Of a DNA stretch of 64,000 nt, positions 56,854 to 64,000 are shown in pieces (position 1 is the stretch's first letter; each line of letters begins with the position of its first letter). The position numbers and the translations under genes were made by a program. This DNA comes from an uncultured delta proteobacterium (GTDB lineage Bacteria > Desulfobacterota > Desulfobacteria > Desulfobacterales > Desulfatirhabdiaceae): the NCBI GenBank assembly GCA_963789395.1, contig CAWBKP010000009.1:68234-132233 (forward strand), given 5' to 3'. The notes under the pieces are model-generated. The model was not told the DNA's origin, did not search any database, and saw only the letters and a program-made list of their open reading frames with translations.

Positions 56854-57633
56854 GTGTTTCCCAGCCGGTGTCTGAACTGCGGGGTCTTTATACGTCCGCA
56901 TCGGTTTATTGAAACATTCGGCGCAACCCTTGAATTAACCTTCAGGCAGGCCATGAACCGCTTCCTGTGTTCGACCTGTTTAATGGATTTTCAGCCTGCC
57001 CGATCTCCTTTATGCTGCCAGTGCGGCGCCGTCTTTGACGCATTTGAAGGAGAGGACCATCTCTGTGAAAACTGCATTCGCACCCCCAGGCATTTTCATC
57101 AGGCCCGCGCTGCCGGGATCTATGCCGGGGCATTACGGCGGTTGATCCAGGAGTTCAAGTTTCACGGCAAAATTTATCTGGCCAGGCCTTTGGGACTGCT
57201 GATACTGCATACATTTTACGACATGTACGGACAAAACGCGGGGAATCCGATTGCTCCCGGCGCCATTATTCCGGTTCCCCTTCATGCCGGAAGGCACCGG
57301 ATGCGCGGGTTTAATCAGGCATTTCTCCTGGCCGACCATTTGGCCGATTGCATACAACAGCATCCGGATCCGGCATTTTCCGCCCTGAAAACCGATCGGG
57401 ACATGCTGGTAAGACACCGCCGGACAACGCCGCAGACCGGCCTGAGCAAAGACCTGCGAAAAACAAACATTGCCGATGCATTCAGGGTCAAGGCCCCGGG
57501 AAAAGCTGCCGGAAAAACCATTTTGCTCATTGATGATGTTTACACGACCGGAGCAACGGTTGATGAATGCGCCAGGATATTAATTCAGGCCGGAGCGGCC
57601 CGTGTGGATGTCCTGACGCTGGCAAGGGCATAA
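56854..57633 (+). CDS. ComF-family protein (zinc ribbon + PRTase-like)
   Basis: CxxC repeats, PVPLH, RGFNQ, IDDVYTTGAT; true start probably ~56814 with a frameshift. Confidence 0.88.
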   Translation: MFPSRCLNCGVFIRPHRFIETFGATLELTFRQAMNRFLCSTCLMDFQPARSPLCCQCGAVFDAFEGEDHLCENCIRTPRHFHQARAAGIYAGALRRLIQEFKFHGKIYLARPLGLLILHTFYDMYGQNAGNPIAPGAIIPVPLHAGRHRMRGFNQAFLLADHLADCIQQHPDPAFSALKTDRDMLVRHRRTTPQTGLSKDLRKTNIADAFRVKAPGKAAGKTILLIDDVYTTGATVDECARILIQAGAARVDVLTLARA

Positions 57634-57639
57634 TCACGC

Positions 57640-58414
57640 ATGATACACCGACACGAACATAACCTTTCCTATTTAGAGTTTCCCCACCTGTCTGAATATG
57701 CGGATATCCGGCACGGGATTTTTACCCGTCAGGGCGGATTCAGCAAGGGCTGTTATCAGGGATTGAATGTCGGCATGGGAACCGGCGACAGCCTTGAGCA
57801 TGTTCTTCAAAACCGCGCGGCCATCTCAGGCTGCATGGGGCATTCCGAACTGGTATTCGCCAATCAGATCCATGGGACGGGCATTATCACGCATTCCTCA
57901 GGCAAGTCCGCCGGCAATAGGGCTTTTATTGCGCAATACCGAATCCGGAGACGCCCTGATCACCGATGCTCCGGGAAAATCCCTGGTTATCCAGACGGCG
58001 GATTGTCAGGCGGTCTTGATCTATGATCCGGTTCAAAAAGCCGTGGCCAATATCCATTCCGGCTGGCGGGGCAGCATTCAGAATATTATTGGACTCACGG
58101 TCCAAGCCATGATAAAAGAATTCAAGAGTAACCCCAATAATCTGTTGACAGGCATCGGCCCTTCCCTGGGTCCATGCTGCGCGGAATTTATCCACTACCG
58201 CTCTGAAATACCAAAGGCGCTCTGGACATACAAAAACCGCACGGACTGTTTTGATTTTTGGGCCATGAGCAAAGATCAACTGACAGAGGCCGGAATTCCC
58301 GATAACCACATCGTTTCCAGCAACCTCTGCACCCGGTGCCGGACCGATCTTTTTTTCTCTTACCGGAAAGAAAAATCAACCGGCCGGTTTGCAGCGGTTA
58401 TTGGCGTCATATAA
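57640..58414 (+). CDS. pgeF: PgeF/YfiH-family protein (frameshift near 57925)
   Basis: FTRQGG.S, QIHG, TADC, HSGWRG, GPS.GPCC, CT.C...FFSYR. Confidence 0.88.
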
Positions 58415-58424
58415 AAAGCCTTCC

Positions 58425-59231
58425 ATGCAAATCGATAACGCCACCATTTTATGGAATCAGCCCCTGGGCTCATCCTGCTACCGGATCGGAATCACCACTT
58501 CCGCCCAGTATGCCTATGCCACCCCCGGCCAGTTTGTGATGCTTCGCCTGCCGAACCAGACAGATCCCCTGCTTCGCAGGCCTTTTTCCATTCACCGGCT
58601 CATCGAGTCTGAAACCGGCATTCTCCAGGGTATTGAAATTCTGGTTAAAGTCGTCGGCAGCGTCACCCGAAGCCTTTCCTTCTGCCAGCCCGGCGATACC
58701 GTGGACATTTTAGGGCCTCTGGGGCACGGATTTTCCATCCATTCCGGCATCAGTCGCATTTTTATGGCGGCAGGCGGCATTGGCGTCGCCCCCATGCTGT
58801 TTCTGGCCTCCTGGCTTTTTAAAAAACAGTTTGACCTGTCGCGTTGCATCCTGTTTCTGGGTGGAAGGTCCAAGGCCGATATTTTATGCGAAGCGGACTT
58901 TTCCGCCCTGAATCTGCCGGTCACCATCACAACCGATGACGGCAGCCTGGGCGACCAGTGCCTGCTCACCCACCCACTGGAAATTTACGCCGGAGAACAG
59001 CGGCCCGACATTATCCTGGCCTGCGGCCCTTCGGGCATGCTGGCCTGTGTTGCCGGCATTGCCGAATCACTGAACATTCCCTGCCAGATTTCCCTGGAAA
59101 CCGCCATGGCCTGCGGTATGGGCGCCTGCCTGGGCTGCGCGGTCAAAGGGAAAAGCCAGGATGCCGGACGGCTCCATGCCTGCCTGGACGGACCGGTGAT
59201 GGACAGCCGTCAAATTGATTTTTTGCATTGA
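58425..59231 (+). CDS. pyrK: dihydroorotate dehydrogenase electron transfer subunit
   Basis: PGQF, LRRPFS, GPLG.GF, GGIGVAP, CGP, MACG.GAC.GC. Confidence 0.88.
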   Translation: MQIDNATILWNQPLGSSCYRIGITTSAQYAYATPGQFVMLRLPNQTDPLLRRPFSIHRLIESETGILQGIEILVKVVGSVTRSLSFCQPGDTVDILGPLGHGFSIHSGISRIFMAAGGIGVAPMLFLASWLFKKQFDLSRCILFLGGRSKADILCEADFSALNLPVTITTDDGSLGDQCLLTHPLEIYAGEQRPDIILACGPSGMLACVAGIAESLNIPCQISLETAMACGMGACLGCAVKGKSQDAGRLHACLDGPVMDSRQIDFLH

Positions 59232-59313
59232 CTTGAAAATGATCCTATGTTAGTTGCAGGAAACTTAAAACAGGAAGCCTGAACCCTTTCTGATCGAAAG
59301 GATGTTCTTTTTC

Positions 59314-59532
59314 ATGAAACGGGAAACCAGACGGACCATCAGGGAACTGGCCTATTACAGCAGCCTTGGATTATCGGTGGCCCTGTCCATTTTTATCGGT
59401 CTGGCTGCAGGCATTTACCTGGACAGATATTTTCAGAGTTCACCCTGGCTGACCCTTGTTTGTCTTTGTCTCGGGATTGCAGCCGGTTACCGCAACATCG
59501 GCCTTGCAATTCGAAAAAGCAGAAATTTGTAA
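59314..59532 (+). CDS. AtpZ/AtpI-family small membrane protein
   Basis: SSLGL..., G..LD..F.SSPW; first gene of the F0 cluster. Confidence 0.85.
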   Translation: MKRETRRTIRELAYYSSLGLSVALSIFIGLAAGIYLDRYFQSSPWLTLVCLCLGIAAGYRNIGLAIRKSRNL

Positions 59533-59572
59533 TGATGCATGAACAATTATCTAAAGTATATCTGAGCCATCA

Positions 59573-59980
59573 ATGACAGAAAACACAGAAACAACCGCGA
59601 TTCAAAACAGCCTTTTGACCTTTGTCACCCGGGCCAACTGGCTGGTATTTGCAGTGGTGGTTGCCGGAGGTTTTATTTTGGCCTCACCGGACATGCTCTG
59701 GGGGATTCTTTTCGGGGGATTGATCGTCACCGTCAATTTTCATCTCCTGTCCCGGACCCTGAAGAAATCGCTTAAACCGTCCAATTTAACCTCCCACAAT
59801 GTCATTCTGGCCAAATACTATGTTCGGTTCATCCTCAGCGGTTTTATTATTTTCATCCTGATATCCGGACATTATGTCCACCCCCTGGGGCTTTTTATCG
59901 GTCTTTCCGTTGTTGTTGCCAGCATCATGCTCGCCACGCTGCGTGAACTTAAAAACCTTTTTTTCAAGGAGGCAATGTAA
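59573..59980 (+). CDS. atpI: ATP synthase subunit I-like protein
   Basis: four TM helices, GG...VNF, RF, GL.IGLS; upstream of atpB. Confidence 0.8.
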   Translation: MTENTETTAIQNSLLTFVTRANWLVFAVVVAGGFILASPDMLWGILFGGLIVTVNFHLLSRTLKKSLKPSNLTSHNVILAKYYVRFILSGFIIFILISGHYVHPLGLFIGLSVVVASIMLATLRELKNLFFKEAM

Positions 59981-59981
59981 G

Positions 59982-60670
59982 GTGGAACATCCCTATCTCT
60001 TTTTTGTCAAGCTTTTCGAGGCCATCGGCCTGGGACATTTTGCACATGCCTATCCCCATGTCATCTATTCATGGGTCGTCATGGCACTCCTGATCGTCTT
60101 TGGCTCGTTGGGCACAAAAAGCATCAGCATGATTCCTTCAAAGGGGCAGAATTTCTTTGAAGTCGTCATCTCCGGAATTGAAGAATTCATGGTGGATGTC
60201 ACCGGAGAAGAAGGCCGCTGGTTATTGCCGCTGGCTGCCACGATTTTCATCTATATTTTCTTATCGAATCTGATTGGACTGGTGCCGGGCTTTTTCCCCC
60301 CGACCGCCAGCCTGAATACCACGCTTTCCTGCGCGCTCACGGTTGTCGTCTTTACCCATATTATCGGCATCAAATACCACGGCATCAAATATATCAAGCA
60401 TTTCTGCGGTCCGGTATGGTGGATGATTCCGATCATTCTGCCCATTGAAGTCATCGGCCACCTTGCCAGAATCCTGTCCCTTTCCTTCCGTCTTTTTGGA
60501 AACATGATGGGCCATGAACTGGTTCTGGGCATCCTGTTCTTCCTTGCCGGCGCTTTTTTGCCCCGCTGCCCATCATGGCGCTGGGCATTTTTGTGTCGCT
60601 GGTTCAGGCGTTTGTTTTCTTTCTGCTTTCGATCATGTATTTCACCGGCGCCATGGAACATGCGCATTGA
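59982..60670 (+). CDS. atpB: ATP synthase F0 subunit a (frameshift near 60555)
   Basis: QNFFE, NLIGLVPG, PTA.LN, SLSFRLFGNM; VQAFVFFLLS.MY in the second frame. Confidence 0.95.
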
Positions 60671-60803
60671 TCTGAAGCATCAGCCGGTTTTTCGTCAAGA
60701 TGTTTAAACGTCGTGCTGAACGACTACCCATAAAAGTTCACCCGGTTTGGGATCATGGAAGAAGCCCAAATGTATTCACTTTAACCAGAAGGAGAAAGAA
60801 AGT

Positions 60804-61085
60804 ATGGAAGCACAAGCATTACAGTTTTTCATCGCATGCGTAACGGCAGCAGGTTTCGGTATTGCAGTGGCAGCCTTTGGTTGCGGTATTGCCCAGGGTC
60901 TTGGTTTGAAGGCCGCTGTTGAAGGCATTGCACGCAATCCCGAATCTTCAGGCAAAGTCACCGTTACCCTGCTGATCGGTCTGGCCATGATCGAGTCTCT
61001 TTGTATTTATGCACTCGTCATCGCGCTGATCCTCATTTATGCACATCCGCAGGCAGCAGGGATCGCCAAACTGTTCGCCAAATAA
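60804..61085 (+). CDS. atpE: ATP synthase F0 subunit c
   Basis: [21 protein letters not shown]. Confidence 0.96.
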   Translation: MEAQALQFFIACVTAAGFGIAVAAFGCGIAQGLGLKAAVEGIARNPESSGKVTVTLLIGLAMIESLCIYALVIALILIYAHPQAAGIAKLFAK

Positions 61086-61108
61086 TTCCTTTTAAGACCC
61101 GTTTCAAA

Positions 61109-61148
61109 AAAAAGGGGCGTTGTTCCGAACGGGACAACGCCCCTTTTT
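61109..61148. terminator. bidirectional intrinsic terminator after atpE
   Basis: aaaaaggggcgttgttcc-gaac-gggacaacgccccttttt hairpin with A- and T-tracts. Confidence 0.88.
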
Positions 61149-61236
61149 ATTTCTGCAAGCCGCCACAAAAACGCCGTCAGGAATGCCGGCTTGTCTAAGG
61201 CGAGGCTCAGAAAAGCGCTTCTCAGTCAGCTGAAAA

Positions 61237-62019
61237 TTATTCGAGCTTCCAGTATTCCAGAAGGTTCCGGAACGGCTCCGACGAAATCGTGCCCGGATCG
61301 GTAAAAGGGAAATTGTATGTAAGCAGCAGACAGTAGACAAGGGCGACAAACGCCCCGAACATCCCGATCATAAAGGCATGGTGTTTGAAACACGGGATAT
61401 CGAAGAAGCAAAGATAAATCAGATACAGTAGGGTTCCGCCAACAAGTGTAATCCACATGGAGGGGGTAAGATTCGGCCTGCCGCCGATAATCCGGTCATG
61501 TCGCAGCGCTCTGTATTCGCTGACATTTCTCAGGGTTTCCTGGTGAAGCGCCATTTCTCTGTTGTCGCGGGGATTAAAGGAAAGAATCGAATCGTTGATA
61601 TGCGTGACGAGTCGATGCGCAGTTTCATCCTGCTGGGCATGGGCTTGTTTGGGCCACTCATCCTTGATGACACACTGGACATACTGCCGGATGCGTTCCT
61701 GTATTTGCGAGCGGAACGGTTCAGGGTACGCACCCAGGTTTCTGTAGACATTATGCAGGGTAGCAGCCTCTTTCAGCACGCCGTCATCCACCTTGTCGTA
61801 ATTCTGCCATGTCGCAACCGCAACAAATGCCAGGATAAGGGCATACATCACGCCGATGGCGCTGGCAAATATCTGGCCGTAGTCCGTCACGTCATTGAAA
61901 AGAAAGGGTTTACAGAATTTTTTTACAAGATACAGGCAGGCAAGGGAAAAAACGACAAAGACGGCAACAAACATAATGGCAGTGGAAATCGACGAAAAAT
62001 GAGATAAAAATCCGATCAT
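61237..62019 (-). CDS. DUF4239 / bestrophin-like membrane protein
   Basis: GVMYALILAFV.V..W, EA..L, Y...VI.DEW, final PF.....IS.EPF. Confidence 0.7.
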   Translation of the reverse strand: MIGFLSHFSSISTAIMFVAVFVVFSLACLYLVKKFCKPFLFNDVTDYGQIFASAIGVMYALILAFVAVATWQNYDKVDDGVLKEAATLHNVYRNLGAYPEPFRSQIQERIRQYVQCVIKDEWPKQAHAQQDETAHRLVTHINDSILSFNPRDNREMALHQETLRNVSEYRALRHDRIIGGRPNLTPSMWITLVGGTLLYLIYLCFFDIPCFKHHAFMIGMFGAFVALVYCLLLTYNFPFTDPGTISSEPFRNLLEYWKLE

Positions 62020-62429
62020 GATGATATCTTCCTTTGCATCATGGATATGAGATGAGATGTTTTCCTCTGAAAGAGTTGCTGTAAATACAATGAATAAATC
62101 GTTTGTTCAATTGATTTATAATTCTTTCTGTTGCCCGAGGAAGAGGCAAACGGGAATTTGACCGCCGTAGAAGGGAAATAGATTGTCGCTGGACAGTGAC
62201 TCAACCAGTCGTTTTGCGCCGTCACAACCTCGGGTATTCCGCAACCGGCAAATTCTATTGCAGCTTCAAGGTACAGGTGATAAATTGAAATCAGAAGAAG
62301 AAACAGCGTCGGAATACATTCTGCGCCGAATGATGCCTCGATCGAATTTGTCTCGGCAGCTTGCACCTACGGGCGGCGATCTCGTACAAAATTGCTCAAG
62401 CGCTGCTCCGTCAGGAGTTTACCGTTTCC

Positions 62430-63556
62430 ATGAATAAACTGATATCAATTCAGGCGCTCAGAGGCATAGCCGTTCTCGGTGTCGTAGCGTATCACGCTTT
62501 GGTAATCGAGAAAAAATACTCCGGCGGAGATCTGCTGCTTCCGGACTTTTTTATATCGGACAATCAGGTGTTGATCTGTTTTTCGTGATCAGTGGCTTTG
62601 TGATGGTGACTGTAACGAAAGGTCGCTTCGCGCGCAATGGGGAGATGGTGCGGTTTCTCTGGGGACGGCTTACCCGAATATATCCGACTTACTGGTTCTA
62701 CTTCTTCTTGACGTTTGCAATCTTCTTAATCAAACCCAATTGGGTCAATTCCACACAAGGCAATCAATTCCAGTTTCTTTCCTCATTTCTTCTTCTGCCC
62801 GGCAATCAGCTGCCACTTGTCATGGTTGCCTGGTCGCTCATTCACGAATTGTGGTTCTATATGGTGTTCGCTGTTTTATTAAGATTTCATGAGCGCCTGC
62901 TGTTACCATCACTGCTTTTATGGGGTGCAATCGTCACGATAGTCAATCTGCTCTTTACGGTTACCGGTTTTTCGGCAGGCGCACGTATTGTTTTTCATCC
63001 ATATTCACTTGAGTTCATCATCGGCGCATTGGTTGCTGTCTATATTTCCAGAGAGCGCGCTTCAAAATTTTCCGCTCGTATCGCCGTTTTGATAATCACT
63101 TTTGTTCTATCGGTCGGTCTTCCTGCTATTTATGTCTTCAATCTTCTTCAACCGGAGAGAACGCTGCGCATGAGCGTCATCATAGGCATGCTGTACGGAT
63201 TTCTCGTGCTTTCCGTTGTAATGCTTGAAAAATTGGATACATTCGCCCTTCCAAAATTCCTGCAATTCATCGGTGATGTTTCGTATACGGTTTACCTTTC
63301 TCATATTCTTGTTCTTTCGGCAATCGGTCGACTCTGGCTGATGGCAACTCCGGCGCCGAGCAGTTTATCAGACAATATGCTTGCCTGCTTCACGATGCTG
63401 GCGGCCGTTGTGGGCTATGGCTGGATAGGATATCGTCTGGTTGAGCAACCCATATTACAGGTTTCACATCGTTTGCGTACGCGCTGGTTTGAAAATAGTC
63501 GCCGCAATACGCCGAGCCCATCGGATCATGTGTTGAATTTAAAAGAGCAGCAATAA
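62430..63556 (+). CDS. acyltransferase family 3 (OafA-like; frameshift near 62550)
   Basis: IQALRGIA...VV.YH, GVDLFFVISGFVM, R.TRIYP, WSL..E..FY, G..SY.VYL.H. Confidence 0.88.
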
Positions 63557-63632
63557 GACGACATCAATATGAAAAACGTAACCCCTCATACGCCCTCTTG
63601 GCGATCAACCCATTTTACCCGGGCTTTTTCCC

Positions 63633-64000
63633 ATGGTTTTTAGTTCAGCTCTTTTTCTGTTTATCTTTCTGCCGGTTGTCTTGACGCTCGTCCTGATTGT
63701 GCGTCGGACAGCGTCGCGTAACGCCCTGCTGCTGATGTTCAGCCTCATTTTCTATGCCTGGGGAGAGCCGATTTTCATTCTTCTGGCACTGGCCTCGACG
63801 CTGATGAATTACTTTTTGGGGCTCTGGGTAGATCACAGCCATGACCCTGAACGAAGAAAATTTGTCGTTGCCCTGGCAGTCGTATTGAATGTCGGCATTC
63901 TGGCTTACTTCAAGTATGCCGATTTTGCTGTCGAAAACCTGAATGCCGTCCTTGCGGTTTTTCATTTCAGATCTCTGCCGCTGCCGGATGTGCTCCTTCC
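63633..64000 (+). CDS. MBOAT O-acyltransferase, AlgI/DltB-like (partial, runs off the window)
   Basis: MVFSSALFLFIFLP, SLIFYAWGEP, N.GIL.YFKY. Confidence 0.85.
   Translation, partial: MVFSSALFLFIFLPVVLTLVLIVRRTASRNALLLMFSLIFYAWGEPIFILLALASTLMNYFLGLWVDHSHDPERRKFVVALAVVLNVGILAYFKYADFAVENLNAVLAVFHFRSLPLPDVLL

Noticed and set aside
55456..56901. 481-aa minus-strand ORF
   Set aside because: Shadow of icd.
1..64000. CRISPR arrays, tRNA/rRNA genes, prophage, transposase or defence genes
   Set aside because: No repeat-spacer array, RNA gene pattern or matching protein motifs seen by eye. A covariance-model scan was not possible, so small ncRNAs cannot be excluded.

Overview
Dense bacterial chromosomal segment, most likely from a Desulfobacterota (Desulfobacterales-like) anaerobe. 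This placement is inferred from gene content: IspH-UbiA fusion, stand-alone atpZ-atpI-atpB-atpE F0 cluster, mglBA, cooT/DUF3842. About 60 genes, mostly housekeeping: mtaB, rlmI, ADP-forming acyl-CoA synthetase, ppdK, Na+-pumping acyl-CoA decarboxylase cluster, mutY, parAB, rnj, gmhA/hldE, yicC-remA-gmk-rlmB, icd, pyrK and ATP synthase F0. More than 20 genes, including normally essential ones (atpB, ispH, parB), are broken by 1-nt frameshifts. These are most probably uncorrected long-read indels, so the genes are reconstructed across frames rather than called pseudogenes. I saw no rRNA, tRNA, CRISPR array, integrase or transposase. Main leads: (1) an operon encoding a ~1600-aa degenerate M28/PA-domain + FtsX/MacB-type membrane protein with its own small permease and ABC ATPase; (2) an mglB-mglA-unknown-hybrid kinase-TPR/PilB operon; (3) a decarboxylase gamma/delta subunit carrying a large extracytoplasmic choice-of-anchor-U-like domain; (4) a rhodanese + CDF-DoxX fusion; (5) heptamer-built repeats and a MITE-like palindrome at gene junctions. 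All family assignments come from motif recognition by eye; no searches were run.
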